Positions 1-9,687 of a stretch of DNA of 34,565 bases are shown here, piece by piece (within the stretch, counting starts at the first letter, position 1; each line of letters starts with the position of its first letter). The position numbers and the translations under genes were made by a program. This DNA comes from a virus. Its lineage: Duplodnaviria > Heunggongvirae > Uroviricota > Caudoviricetes. The stretch lies in the IMG/VR virus record IMGVR_UViG_2537562189_000007; one strand, given 5' to 3'. A model generated the notes under the pieces. The model was not told where the DNA came from, did no database searches, and worked only from the letters and a program-made list of their open reading frames with translations.

Positions 1-41
1 ACCTCCATATCCGGCTTCACTTTCCAGCGAAAGGTTTTCAT
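1..41 (-). CDS. M: Minor tail protein M, N-terminal fragment; gene continues beyond window start
   Basis: Reverse complement of 1..41 reads ATG AAA ACC TTT CGC TGG AAA GTG AAG CCG GAT ATG GAG GT (MKTFRWKVKPDME), matching the start of lambda gpM; the ATG overlaps the tape-measure stop (ATGA). Confidence 0.55.
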   Translation of the reverse strand, partial: MKTFRWKVKPDME

Positions 42-2650
42 CGCCCGCTCCCTGATAACATACCGCCATCACGCAACTGCAGCCGGAGTTCATCCTGCGC
101 CCCCTTACGGGCCATGTCATACACCGCCTTCATCAGCTGCGGCCCCGCCTGTCCGTTGATACCGTCGTTCTGAATCACCACGTGATTGTTCTGATTAAAA
201 TTAATACCTTCCGCCCGCCGCATCTGCGCCGGACTTCCGGCACCACCCACATAACCCCCTTCCGCATAGCCGCGCATCAGGCGGTAAAGATTCCCCACAC
301 CTATCCGGCTGGTTGCCTCCTTCGTGAAGACAAACTCCCCGCGGTGAACTATCCCCGCAGGCTCATATTTGCCGCCCGTCCCCGTAAATCCTCCGGTCGC
401 GAAATGGAAGTTCGCCGCCGCAGCCTCAATGGCCGTCCCCGTGGAGGCAGACGCCCCACCACCGAAAGCACCACCAATGGCGCTGCCGATACGCCCGACA
501 ATGCCCACCATGGCCTGTTTAAGCAGGATTTCTGTCATCATGGACAGCACCGAACGGGTGAATCCCCGCCAGTTCTGTTCGCTGCCGGTCAGCATCGCCG
601 CCATATTCTGTGCAATACCGTCAAAGGTCTGCGTGGCCACACTTTTAACCTGCGAAAAACTGTCCGTCGCACTTTCCGCCCACTCCCCCCAGCCGGACTT
701 CAGCCCGGCCAGCCAGTCACCGCGCAGCATGTCTTCATCCGCCCATGTCTGTTTCAGTGCCCCGGTGACCCGGGCCAGCGCCTGCGGATTATCGCCATAC
801 ACGTCACGAAGACGCTGCGCTTCAGACTCCCGCTGCGCCTGACGGTCAGTGAGACCACGGGCTTTTGCGCTGATGGCGGCCTGCTTCGCGCTCTGCTGCT
901 CTTCAAACCGTGCCGCCTGCTGTGCCAGCTCATTCAGGCGTTTCTGGTATTCAACCTTGTCGCCCAGCTCAGCCAGCTGGCGTTTGTACTCCAGCGTCTC
1001 TTTCTCATGGGCCAGCAGGGATTTTTCCTGCCCGGATAACTGTCGTTTCGTGGCGGCCTCTTTCAGGACCGCATACTGACTTTCCGCTTTCCATAAATCA
1101 CGACGCTGCTGGCTGATTTTCTCATTCGCACCGCTGTGCTTCTCCAGCGTCCGGAGCTCAGTTTCAAGCGCCAGCAGGGCTGCATGCGCCCGGTCTTCCT
1201 GACGCTCCCCGGCTGACACTCTGACACCTGACGACTTCGGTTTTTTCTGCGTTGATTCATAATCCTTTTTCGCCGACGCCATCAGCGTGTTGTAATCTGC
1301 CTGCAGGATTTTCCCGTCTTTCAGGGCCTGATTCAGCTCTTTCTGCCGGGCGGTATATTTATCCAGCGGCGACAACAGGCGTTCATACGCTTTCTGCGCC
1401 TCTCCGGTATACTTCAGCTGTGACGCCTCACGCTCAGCCCTGTCCCTTGCCGCCAGTTCACCGGCTTTTTCCATATCCGACTGCAGCGTTGCCGCCGCCA
1501 GCCCCAGACGGGCATTTTCCCGGTCATCCCATGCACCCTGAAGGTTGGCCCGGAAAGAGGAGGTTTTACCGCGGCGCTGGCTCCGGCTCTGGTACCACTG
1601 CCATTTTTTATCCGCCTCATCAAATGCCTTCTGCGCACTGGCGAGCATATCCGCTGAGGATTCAGGACGACCGATATCCAGAATGGCATCCCACATCGAT
1701 TTGAACGCCTTCCCTGTTTTATCTGCCCAGGTTTCCAGCGTCCCCATGTTCTCTTTCAGGCGGCGGGTCTGGTCATCAAAGCCTTTCGTGGCAATATCGT
1801 TCGCCGCCTGTAAGGCACCGGCCTCGTCTCCGGAACGCTGCAGCTGTGCAACATACGCAATCTGCTCTGCCGTCACGTTACGGAACTGGCGCGCCATCGC
1901 CATCAGTCCCGACGTCGGGTCGGTGGTCAGCTTTCCGAAAGCCTCTGCAACCCTGTCCACTTCCACACCGGAGGCAGACGCAAAACGCGCCACACTCTGG
2001 TTAATGGCATCAAACTGCTCACCACCACGCACACCGGCACTGACCAGGGCTGCCAGTGACTCTCCCGCCTGGTTAAACGTCAGCCCTGCTGCCTGTCCGG
2101 CTCTGGAGAGCGCCAGCATGCGATCGGCAGTCAGTCCGGACTGATTACCGGAAAGAACCAGGTTTTTATTAAACGCTGAAAGCGTGGAATCCCCCTGGTA
2201 CCAGGCATACGCCAGCGCACCTGTCGCGGCGACCAGTGATGTGATCCCGACGGCAGGTAGCGAGACGGCTCCCGCCAGTCCCCGGAACATCGGGATAAGA
2301 CCACCGAACGAGTCTTTCACCTGACCGCCCTGTTGCAGCAGGATGAGCCAGGGATTCTGACCACCGGCAAGCTGCGTGGCAACGTCGGTGAACTGCATGG
2401 GTAGCATACGCATGGCGGCTTTATACTGCCCGACGGACATCCCGGCTTTTTGTGCAGCCAGCGCCTGGCGGCTCAGCCCCTGCTCAACGGCAGAGGCCTG
2501 TTTCTTAAAAGACTGGCTGACACGCCCGGCCATCAAATCCGCAAGGTCACTGGTTTCACCCAGTTCTTTCTTTACCCGTGCAGCCTCTTCAGAAAAACGG
2601 GTTGAATCCAGTGTAAGAACAGCTGTCAGATCGGCAAAATTACCCGCCAT
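38..2650 (-). CDS. H: Tail tape measure protein (lambda gpH-like)
   Basis: 873-aa ORF 38..2659 with long stretches that agree with lambda H as recalled (LSRQALAAQKAG, QYKAAMRMLP, KYTARQ, GIVHRGEFVFTKEATSRIGVGNLYRLMRGYA). ORF track start is a GTG at 2659; the ATG at 2650 has better AGGAG spacing. Confidence 0.9.
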   Translation of the reverse strand: MAGNFADLTAVLTLDSTRFSEEAARVKKELGETSDLADLMAGRVSQSFKKQASAVEQGLSRQALAAQKAGMSVGQYKAAMRMLPMQFTDVATQLAGGQNPWLILLQQGGQVKDSFGGLIPMFRGLAGAVSLPAVGITSLVAATGALAYAWYQGDSTLSAFNKNLVLSGNQSGLTADRMLALSRAGQAAGLTFNQAGESLAALVSAGVRGGEQFDAINQSVARFASASGVEVDRVAEAFGKLTTDPTSGLMAMARQFRNVTAEQIAYVAQLQRSGDEAGALQAANDIATKGFDDQTRRLKENMGTLETWADKTGKAFKSMWDAILDIGRPESSADMLASAQKAFDEADKKWQWYQSRSQRRGKTSSFRANLQGAWDDRENARLGLAAATLQSDMEKAGELAARDRAEREASQLKYTGEAQKAYERLLSPLDKYTARQKELNQALKDGKILQADYNTLMASAKKDYESTQKKPKSSGVRVSAGERQEDRAHAALLALETELRTLEKHSGANEKISQQRRDLWKAESQYAVLKEAATKRQLSGQEKSLLAHEKETLEYKRQLAELGDKVEYQKRLNELAQQAARFEEQQSAKQAAISAKARGLTDRQAQRESEAQRLRDVYGDNPQALARVTGALKQTWADEDMLRGDWLAGLKSGWGEWAESATDSFSQVKSVATQTFDGIAQNMAAMLTGSEQNWRGFTRSVLSMMTEILLKQAMVGIVGRIGSAIGGAFGGGASASTGTAIEAAAANFHFATGGFTGTGGKYEPAGIVHRGEFVFTKEATSRIGVGNLYRLMRGYAEGGYVGGAGSPAQMRRAEGINFNQNNHVVIQNDGINGQAGPQLMKAVYDMARKGAQDELRLQLRDGGMLSGSGR

Positions 2651-3095
2651 AGCGTACACCTCCTGGAATTCCCTCAGACACCATCATCAGCATGGCTTCA
2701 TCCTCTGTACTGCTCCGCATGTCATCACTGACCGTAACGATTTCCTTCCCGTCAGCCCCAAAGCGGACACCACCAGAAAGTCCTGCCGCTTTCCGCATCA
2801 GCATATCGTCCTCATCCGGCATCTCCGTCTGCTCATCATCACGTCGGGGTGCCAGCAGACTGAAATCAGAGGGATGCATATCCGGATCGCAAAAAAACAG
2901 GCTGAGTACAGCGTACGTCAGCCCGGAAAAATGCATATCCAGCTGGGTATCATGAAAATAATGCGTGCGGTAAAAACGTCGCCAGTCGGCATATTCGGTG
3001 GATGTCATCCCGGCAAGCATGGCGCGCCAGTCGGGTCTCCCCATCTCACGCGCCAGTCTGAGGGCAAAGTTCAGCTCGCCGTCGAAGACTTTCCC
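2640..3095 (-). CDS. T: T-frame part of tail assembly chaperone GT, expressed as a G-T fusion by -1 ribosomal frameshift
   Basis: -1 frame ORF (MGRPDWRAMLAGMTSTEYADWRRFY...) is open upstream through the G GGA AAG heptamer near the end of G and ends 20 nt inside H, the lambda G/GT arrangement. Confidence 0.75.
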   Translation of the reverse strand, partial: GKVFDGELNFALRLAREMGRPDWRAMLAGMTSTEYADWRRFYRTHYFHDTQLDMHFSGLTYAVLSLFFCDPDMHPSDFSLLAPRRDDEQTEMPDEDDMLMRKAAGLSGGVRFGADGKEIVTVSDDMRSSTEDEAMLMMVSEGIPGGVRYGG

Positions 3096-3502
3096 GCAGA
3101 AAAATCATCATCAGTCAGCGCGTTATTTTTCGCCACTTCAGTAATATCAGTATCCGGACGAACAGCTTCGATCATACCGGACAGGCACAACACCACGTCT
3201 TCCGCCCGGGCAATGGCATCGGCAGGCCAGGTGGTGAGCACTTCCTGCTCTATCTTCATCACGGCCTCATTCATTGACGGTGACTGCGTTTTCTGTGGAT
3301 GGTTATGCCACAGGGACATCGCCACCAGAAACGCGCCGGTTCTGACAAGATCTTCCACACTCACCTGCAGGTTGCCGCTGGCTTCAGCCTCTTCTGCCCG
3401 CCGTTTCAGGAGGGCAAGATGCTCAATACGCTGCAGCGCAGACAGCTCAGAAAGCGTGACAGACACCCCGTTATATTCAAATTGTTCTGTTTTCAGAAAC
3501 AT
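3071..3502 (-). CDS. G: Tail assembly chaperone G
   Basis: 143-aa ORF beginning MFLKTEQFEYNGVSVTLSELSALQRIEHLAL, closely resembling lambda gpG; sits between V and H as in lambda. Confidence 0.85.
   Translation of the reverse strand: MFLKTEQFEYNGVSVTLSELSALQRIEHLALLKRRAEEAEASGNLQVSVEDLVRTGAFLVAMSLWHNHPQKTQSPSMNEAVMKIEQEVLTTWPADAIARAEDVVLCLSGMIEAVRPDTDITEVAKNNALTDDDFSAGKSSTAS
3089..3095 (-). other. Programmed -1 frameshift slippery heptamer G GGA AAG (G to GT)
   Basis: Plus strand ctttccc at 3089..3095 is the reverse complement of GGGAAAG. In the G frame the codons are gcG GGA AAG; the T frame reads GGG AAA GTC and stays open to 2640. Confidence 0.75.
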
Positions 3503-3521
3503 GCTTTATCACTCCCTCAGC

Positions 3522-4271
3522 TTAACCCGCTGCACCATCCGTGACGGTAATTTCCGCCACTGCCGCAAACTCACCATTGCCGGTAACCACAGGGATCTGC
3601 GCTTTACCTGCCGCAACACCTTTCACGGTGATCGTGTTCCCTTTCACGGTAATGGTGGCGAAATTCTGATTCGCCGACGTGGCACGGAAGGTTTTATCCG
3701 TCGCCCCTTCCGGCTGAACAGCCACGGTCAGGGTGATATTCTGACCTTTTGCCACATTGCCCGTTGGTGGCGTCACGGTAATACCGGTGACCGGTGTGAT
3801 GTCCCCCTGATCTTCCGCCAGCGACGGACGACCGATATTGGTGATTTTTACCGTACGGGTGATCACCTCTTTGGCGGTCACCGCTTTACCAATGGCGCTC
3901 ACCCAGCCACGGAACACATCCACCGTACCGTTCGGGAAGCGAATTTTGTAGGCCCGGCTCTCACTGCTGTCAAACCAGGCAATCAAATCGCGCTGCCCTT
4001 TCTCACCCGGCTTCCAGGCCAGCGTAAAACTGGTGTCACCGGCAGATTTCTGCCCCTGCCCGGTGGATACCCAGTCAGCATCCTCATCATCCAGATAGTT
4101 ATCATCGTAGGATTCTGCCGTCATCTCGCCGGGGGTCAGATCCTTCACCTTCGCCAGTCGCTGCCAGTCATCGTCTGACAACGGGTTTGCATAAGCATCA
4201 CCAGTGCCGGTGTACACCCACAGTGTGGTACCGGAACCTTTCACCGGCTCAAGAGGATTTGGTGTTGCCAT
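3522..4271 (-). CDS. V: Major tail protein V with C-terminal Ig-like domain
   Basis: 249 aa; N-terminal two-thirds track lambda gpV ([46 protein letters not shown]); C-terminal ~90 aa ([20 protein letters not shown]...[27 protein letters not shown]) has the Big_2/Ig-like pattern. Confidence 0.9.
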   Translation of the reverse strand: MATPNPLEPVKGSGTTLWVYTGTGDAYANPLSDDDWQRLAKVKDLTPGEMTAESYDDNYLDDEDADWVSTGQGQKSAGDTSFTLAWKPGEKGQRDLIAWFDSSESRAYKIRFPNGTVDVFRGWVSAIGKAVTAKEVITRTVKITNIGRPSLAEDQGDITPVTGITVTPPTGNVAKGQNITLTVAVQPEGATDKTFRATSANQNFATITVKGNTITVKGVAAGKAQIPVVTGNGEFAAVAEITVTDGAAG

Positions 4272-4278
4272 ATCGTCC

Positions 4279-4677
4279 TCACATCTCGTAGGTAATTTTC
4301 CACAGGAGATCTGCCGATCCCCACATCATAAACTCATCATCCCGGCGGTAGTCATACCCCTGAAGATTCATTTTCAGCAGTAATGCACTGAGCCCGGGAA
4401 CTGCCTCCAGCGCAGGAAGAATTTTTTCTTCCATCCACATATCCAGTGCCGAGTCCGGTTCTTTTGCCCTGAGAAAAACCTCAATATGCAGTGTCGCCTC
4501 CCAGGTTCCCTCATCAACGAACTCGTCAGCAGCAGACGCATCTGTCAGGTAAACAGCAACAGCAGGCAGTTCCTGTTCATCAATAAAAACCGGGCGACCG
4601 TCAAACCAGCTCACCCTCTCAGAAATATTTTCTTTCAGGGCAGACAGAACTGCCGCCCGTATTTCACGGTGTCTCAT
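4279..4677 (-). CDS. U: Tail terminator protein U
   Basis: 132 aa with lambda gpU-like motifs ([37 protein letters not shown]); position between Z and V. Confidence 0.85.
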   Translation of the reverse strand: MRHREIRAAVLSALKENISERVSWFDGRPVFIDEQELPAVAVYLTDASAADEFVDEGTWEATLHIEVFLRAKEPDSALDMWMEEKILPALEAVPGLSALLLKMNLQGYDYRRDDEFMMWGSADLLWKITYEM

Positions 4678-4689
4678 ACACCCTCCCAG

Positions 4690-5319
4690 TCATTTTCTTT
4701 TCAGCACCAGGCGTAACTGATGCGTCATGGCTTTCATCATCTGCGCCGGTAATTTTTCCCGGTACATCCGGTCCCGTTCACGTTCAAAGGTTTCTGCCAG
4801 CGGTCCGGCAGTCGGAATCTTCACCACTTCGATCGGCAGACGGTGGCGTTTCGGCCTCCCTTTGCTGTCAGCGCCGGTGGACGATGATGCCCACGGCATA
4901 CGCTGCATCACATGCCAGCGTCCGTTAGCCAGCCGGGTGATAAAGGCATCCGGGATCCGTCTTTTCCCCACAATCAGCACGCTGCCACCGCCTTTCGTGA
5001 CCGAACGCTCGCCTTTCTTTCGTCGCTTTCTGCGGGAAAGCAGCACGCTGGCCGTCCCCAGTTTTATGGCGGGCAGATTACCGGTGTTGATGATGACCTT
5101 CGCATAAACCCTGTCTGCGCTGGCCCGTTGCAGGCGGATACGCTCACGGATGAGACGGCGCGGAACCGCCAGCTCCCTGGCAACCGAAGAGGCCGTTTTC
5201 GCGATGATGGACTCCGCCACACGGTTAAGTGTCGTGGCGGCAGCCCGGGGAACGGCACGGCGGTCAATTGCATCCAGATTTTTCATGGCCTGCGCCAGAC
5301 CTTTTATTGCCATACTCAT
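4690..5319 (-). CDS. Z: Tail completion protein Z
   Basis: 209-aa basic protein at the lambda Z position between the head-tail joining gene and U; N-terminal region resembles gpZ-family proteins. Confidence 0.7.
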   Translation of the reverse strand: MSMAIKGLAQAMKNLDAIDRRAVPRAAATTLNRVAESIIAKTASSVARELAVPRRLIRERIRLQRASADRVYAKVIINTGNLPAIKLGTASVLLSRRKRRKKGERSVTKGGGSVLIVGKRRIPDAFITRLANGRWHVMQRMPWASSSTGADSKGRPKRHRLPIEVVKIPTAGPLAETFERERDRMYREKLPAQMMKAMTHQLRLVLKRK

Positions 5320-5597
5320 TCCTGTTCGACAAAAATCCGGGGTTTACCGTTGTACGTGTCATAACGGGTCACCGTCAGTGTGCGCCCCGCAAACACAACA
5401 ACATCATGACGGGCCGGACGGTACCGGGCTGAAAACACCACCAGTGACAACTGGCTGCCCGAAAGCGCCCCCATCTCCGCGGACTCTTCCTCCGGCATCA
5501 CGTCGTACACGACGCCGTTAATCTCCGCCTGTTTGCCCATCATCCGAACGGTCGCCACGTCCATCCGGCAACACATTCGCGTAAACAGATCAGACAT
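5316..5597 (-). CDS. Head-tail joining protein (FII-position)
   Basis: 93-aa ORF translationally coupled between the DUF2190-like gene and Z; assigned by synteny, not by clear lambda FII similarity. Confidence 0.4.
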   Translation of the reverse strand: MSDLFTRMCCRMDVATVRMMGKQAEINGVVYDVMPEEESAEMGALSGSQLSLVVFSARYRPARHDVVVFAGRTLTVTRYDTYNGKPRIFVEQE

Positions 5598-5916
5598 TGA
5601 TTTTTACCGCCACAGCGGCGCTGTTTGCAGGAGCATTTTCCCAGGCTACTCCCGCTGCCACCGCACCGTCTGCAGCCAGCTGCACAACCCCGTCCTTCAG
5701 ATAAACCACCGCGCCGGACTGAATATCGTCAGCAGACTGTTTGGGCAGCAGGAACACGCCTTCGGCAAAACCGTCACCGGCCTCACCGGCAGGAATATCG
5801 GTAATGGCCACGGCCACCATACTGCCGACCACCACCGCAGCACCGCTCAGGATGGTCTGATCTCCGGCATTCACCAGTTCAATGGTGGTACCGTCCTGTA
5901 CAAAATTTTTCGCCAT
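5590..5916 (-). CDS. Small Ala/Val/Gly-rich head protein (DUF2190-like, possible decoration protein)
   Basis: 108 aa, MAKNFVQDGTTIEL...AVVVGSMVAVAITDIPAGEAGDGFAEGVF, composition and position directly after the capsid gene typical of DUF2190 proteins. Confidence 0.45.
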   Translation of the reverse strand: MAKNFVQDGTTIELVNAGDQTILSGAAVVVGSMVAVAITDIPAGEAGDGFAEGVFLLPKQSADDIQSGAVVYLKDGVVQLAADGAVAAGVAWENAPANSAAVAVKINV

Positions 5917-5962
5917 AATGCTGTTTCTCCGGACAGCCCCTGTGGGGCTGTTTTTCAGGCAT

Positions 5963-5981
5963 AAAAAAAGCCCTTTCGGGC
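5963..5981 (-). terminator. Intrinsic terminator downstream of capsid gene
   Basis: Minus strand reads GCCCGAAAGGGC followed by TTTTTTT; a second hairpin (cagcccc-tgt-ggggctg, 5934..5950) followed by TTTTT faces the plus strand. Confidence 0.5.
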
Positions 5982-6003
5982 AGTGATTGTGATAACGCGG
6001 TTA

Positions 6004-7983
6004 TCAGGCCACCGACGAACGCACCAGCCCGCGCCAGTCAAGTGGTGCCACTCCGGCATCAATACGGATTTTTGTGGCAATACCGTCAGTGGTGAAACCT
6101 TCCTGCTGATCAATGTATGGCGTGTCCACACCATCCAGCCAGGCCACTTCAATGGTGTCAGTGCCCTGTGCCGCCGCCAGATACCAGGTTTTCGGATCTG
6201 CCGCATCAAGACGCGCTTCTGCAATCACCTCAGCAAAGTTCTGGATGGGGTTAATGACACCGGCGTTTGCATCCGCCCCTTTCACACTGGCCGATTTGAT
6301 GGTCTGGTTCGCCACCGTCTCCAGTGCCACCGGTACCAGCATAAAGGCCGGACGGATATTCAGGGCGCGATCGCCTTCTTTCTGCAGGCGCATCATCTGA
6401 CGGGCCGCATCCAGTCCGGAAACAGAGATCCCCCCGGTGGCAATATTTTTGTGATCGGCATGGAACAGCGACTTACCGTCGGACAGTTTCGGGTTATCCG
6501 TCAGCACCTTGTAAACCAAGTCACCAATCGTTGCCTTCGCCGCACGCCCCATCTTCATCGGCACGTCCACCAGCATATTCAGATCATCATTGATAATGGC
6601 CTGGCGGGTGATGGAGAAAATCTCCCCGTAGGTGGCCAGAGCAATGGTCTCCTTGCGATCTGAGGTGGTAATGTATTTATACTCCGCCCCCTCACGAACC
6701 TGACGCAGAGAACCAAAACCGCCCATCCCCACGCGATACGCTGTTTTGAAGTCTGACAGGCGTCCCTTACGGGTCCACTTCTGGAAGGTTTCTTCTGATT
6801 CCTCCCAGCCCTGGATCAGCCCCTTGTTCGACACATCCAGCAGGATATTGCCAAAATCAGAGGTGCTGTGCGTAAGCGCCAGCCCGACCATCTGCATGGG
6901 GTTATAACTGGCCACCCCAATACCGCGCTCCGTCAGTGACATACGAGCCCATTCACGCAGGGTCATCCCGTTATAGGCGTTATCCTTCTCGACATTTTCA
7001 AATCCGGCACGGGCCAGCATCGCCTGGCGGATCCCGTCTCCCACAAAATTGCCGTTTCCGGCATAAATATGGGCCGGTGTGTTTTTGTTGGTCGGCGAGG
7101 ACTCCTTGCCCATTTCATTCAGCAGACGTTCACGGGCCATTTCCAGCGAACAGTCAGGATCAGCCACGCACTGTGCCTGAAGCGTCTGATAGCGACCGCC
7201 GAACATGGCAAACAGATCGTTAATGCCTGACATGCGGGCTTTCTGCTCAGCCATAACGCGGGCGCGAATGGTCGCCTCATCAGACACTGCCGGTACCGGT
7301 GATGGTTCTGTTACCGCCGGTGCAGGGATTGTCACTGTGGTATCACGCGGGGCACTGTTGCGTGGTGGAGTAATCATGTTTCGGATGGATTCCGGCATCT
7401 TTTTAAATTCCTCTGTACGTTTTGACTGAATACATGCCATTGCCTCAACAGCGGGTGTCACCTGGTCAGCAAATCCGTGTGCCAGACATTCGGCACCGGA
7501 CATCCAGGTTTCATCCGCCAGCATGGCGGCAATTTCATCGGTGGTTTTTCCGGTTTTCTGCGCATAGGCTGGCAACAGTACCGATTCGACTTTATCCAGC
7601 AAATCAGCATAACTGCGCATATCCTCAGCATCCCCGCCACTGAATCCCCATGGCTTATGGATCATCATGAAGGCATTTTCCGGCATAATGACCGTATCAC
7701 CGGCCATCGCAATCACAGATGCCATCGAGGCGGCAACGCCATCCACATACACGGTAATGGTCGCCCCCTGATTTTTCAGGGAATTAAAAATGGCGATGCC
7801 TTCAAAGACATCGCCACCCGGTGAGTTGATGTGGAGATTAATGTGGGTGATATCACCCAGAGCATTCAGTTCGCTGACAAACTGCTTCGCGGTAACTCCC
7901 CAGAAACCAATCTCGTCATAAATATAAATATCCGCGTCACCCGGCCCCCCAGCCTGCATCCTGAACCAGGATTTATTCTTCAT
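6004..7983 (-). CDS. Prohead protease (ClpP/S14-like) fused to major capsid protein
   Basis: N-terminal ~200 aa have a ClpP-like protease pattern (DADIYIYDEIGFWG, HINSPGGDVFEGIAIFNSL, ASMASVIAMAGD, MMIHKPW); the rest is a long capsid-like domain. The ATG at 7983 (MKNKSWF) overlaps the portal stop; ORF track runs to 8175. Confidence 0.8.
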   Translation of the reverse strand: MKNKSWFRMQAGGPGDADIYIYDEIGFWGVTAKQFVSELNALGDITHINLHINSPGGDVFEGIAIFNSLKNQGATITVYVDGVAASMASVIAMAGDTVIMPENAFMMIHKPWGFSGGDAEDMRSYADLLDKVESVLLPAYAQKTGKTTDEIAAMLADETWMSGAECLAHGFADQVTPAVEAMACIQSKRTEEFKKMPESIRNMITPPRNSAPRDTTVTIPAPAVTEPSPVPAVSDEATIRARVMAEQKARMSGINDLFAMFGGRYQTLQAQCVADPDCSLEMARERLLNEMGKESSPTNKNTPAHIYAGNGNFVGDGIRQAMLARAGFENVEKDNAYNGMTLREWARMSLTERGIGVASYNPMQMVGLALTHSTSDFGNILLDVSNKGLIQGWEESEETFQKWTRKGRLSDFKTAYRVGMGGFGSLRQVREGAEYKYITTSDRKETIALATYGEIFSITRQAIINDDLNMLVDVPMKMGRAAKATIGDLVYKVLTDNPKLSDGKSLFHADHKNIATGGISVSGLDAARQMMRLQKEGDRALNIRPAFMLVPVALETVANQTIKSASVKGADANAGVINPIQNFAEVIAEARLDAADPKTWYLAAAQGTDTIEVAWLDGVDTPYIDQQEGFTTDGIATKIRIDAGVAPLDWRGLVRSSVA

Positions 7984-9475
7984 GCTGGCTTTCGGTGTCA
8001 CGCTGATACTGTCGTTCAGTTCCGGCACTGTTGCCTCCTTTGTCGTTGACGGGGTCAGTATCAAAGACCAGCCCCAGTCTGCTGTTTTCATCAATTTCAG
8101 CCTTGCGGCGACGTTTGACCTCATCCGGATTGCGCCCGCCGGCACGCACCCAGTCAGATTCTGTCGCTGCACCACCCCGGATCTGAATTCTCCAGGCTTC
8201 AGCTTCCTTAACCGGGTCGATCCACGGCATCACCGGACCGGAATACGTCGCGTTATATAGCGTTTTCATCTCCACATCCGCCGGAATTTTCAGCAGACCT
8301 GCCGCAACCACCATATTCAGCCATGTCCGGTACACCGGGCGGGTTACCGCGCCAATAAAACAGTCCTGCAGGATCAGGTAACCATCCGTGGACTCGACCA
8401 GCTCCTGCCGCTGGGCGCTGTAGGTGCCGTTATAGTTACGCGCCGCACTGGAAAAACTCAGACGACTGCCAGCTGCCACTGCACGCAACTGGCCGTTGCG
8501 GAAAGTTTCAAGGTTGGGATTGGGACGGTCAGATTTGACCATGCCGATATCCTCGCCCTTGCGCAAATCGTCATAAATAATACCCGGGGTGATATGGACT
8601 TCCCGCTCGGTTTCTTTGATCCCCGGATCTTCATAGTCCTGTCCGTCACCTTTACGGATATACAGTCCCAGCGCCGCAGCAATACGCGCCGCTGTCAGTT
8701 CCGCATCCTCATACTCTTTAAGGGCACTGATCCGCATCAGCACCCCCGATAACATGGATGAGCCTCGCGTCTGATGCAGACGACGAGTGAACTTCAGGTG
8801 GATCATTTTTCCGGCAGCGATTTCTTTCGTATCACTCTGCCGGCCGCTGACCGGATAATTTTTATAAACCAGATATTTTTTCGGTCTTCCCCACTCATCA
8901 AGAAAAACCCCCTGATTCAGCCCGGCGGATTCATCAGTGCGCATGGGAACAAAATCCGGCTCCATCGCCTCAAGCCAGAATGGCACTCCCGCCGTCCGTT
9001 CCAGACCGTTTCCCGCACCACTGACCATCTGCGCAAACACTTCACCATCCCGCAGCCAGGTCCGCAGCAGTAAACGTTCAAGCACGGGACGGGTATACTG
9101 CCCTGTCACATCCGGACTCACGGACCATTCAGCCCACAACCGGCGGATATCCGCAGCCAGCTCTGCCGCCATTTCCCCGTTTTTTCGTAATGGCTGAGGC
9201 TCCACAATAATTCCCCTGGCACCAATCACCCGCTCTTCCAGCTTGTCAAACACACCAATCACCAGGTCATGATTGATATCCAGAAAACGGGCCTGCTCCC
9301 GCAGGGAAACCGCACCGTATTTACTGAGCTGATCAGCAGAGCGATTTTCCCGCCGGGCTTTATGTGTCCGGGTCGGTTTCACCGCCTCATAGGCCATGAT
9401 TAACGCCCTTGAACGCAGTCTGGCTGCTTTCCATCCGGGGGAAAACACGCCTATCACATCATCAATAATTGCCAT
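7973..9475 (-). CDS. Portal protein
   Basis: 500-aa ORF between W and the protease-capsid gene with a portal-like profile and acidic C-terminus. Confidence 0.85.
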   Translation of the reverse strand: MAIIDDVIGVFSPGWKAARLRSRALIMAYEAVKPTRTHKARRENRSADQLSKYGAVSLREQARFLDINHDLVIGVFDKLEERVIGARGIIVEPQPLRKNGEMAAELAADIRRLWAEWSVSPDVTGQYTRPVLERLLLRTWLRDGEVFAQMVSGAGNGLERTAGVPFWLEAMEPDFVPMRTDESAGLNQGVFLDEWGRPKKYLVYKNYPVSGRQSDTKEIAAGKMIHLKFTRRLHQTRGSSMLSGVLMRISALKEYEDAELTAARIAAALGLYIRKGDGQDYEDPGIKETEREVHITPGIIYDDLRKGEDIGMVKSDRPNPNLETFRNGQLRAVAAGSRLSFSSAARNYNGTYSAQRQELVESTDGYLILQDCFIGAVTRPVYRTWLNMVVAAGLLKIPADVEMKTLYNATYSGPVMPWIDPVKEAEAWRIQIRGGAATESDWVRAGGRNPDEVKRRRKAEIDENSRLGLVFDTDPVNDKGGNSAGTERQYQRDTESQHEE

Positions 9476-9687
9476 TAAAACCTCGCCAGTTTAAATCCCG
9501 GTTTTCCCCGCCTGCGGCTCACCATCGCGGCAAGCCTGCGTTCCCACTCCTGACGTCCGGCGCGGATCTGAGAAAGGCTTTCCAGCGTCAGTTGCTGCCC
9601 GTTGAAGGTGACAGACTTCCCCTCCAGTACAGCCATTTCCGCTTCACGGTACCGCTGTATCATTTCTCTGGCTTCTTCTGTGCTCAC
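9475..9687 (-). CDS. W: Head-tail connector protein gpW-like
   Basis: C-terminus RRRGKPGF resembles lambda gpW (RRRGPAGF). A GTG at 9687 is preceded by AGGAGG and overlaps the terminase stop (GTGA); ORF track start is 9711. Confidence 0.6.
   Translation of the reverse strand: MSTEEAREMIQRYREAEMAVLEGKSVTFNGQQLTLESLSQIRAGRQEWERRLAAMVSRRRGKPGFKLARF

Noticed and set aside
182-2144. Several 150-285-aa plus-strand ORFs inside the tape measure gene
   Set aside because: All antisense to gene H, low-complexity Pro/Arg/Ala-rich translations, no RBS support.
2376-4178. 600-aa ORF on the plus strand
   Set aside because: Antisense to the well-supported H, GT, G and V genes; Cys/Arg/Ser-rich junk-like translation typical of the reverse frame of GC-rich coding DNA.
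5983-6663. 226-aa plus-strand ORF
   Set aside because: Antisense within the capsid gene; no independent signals.
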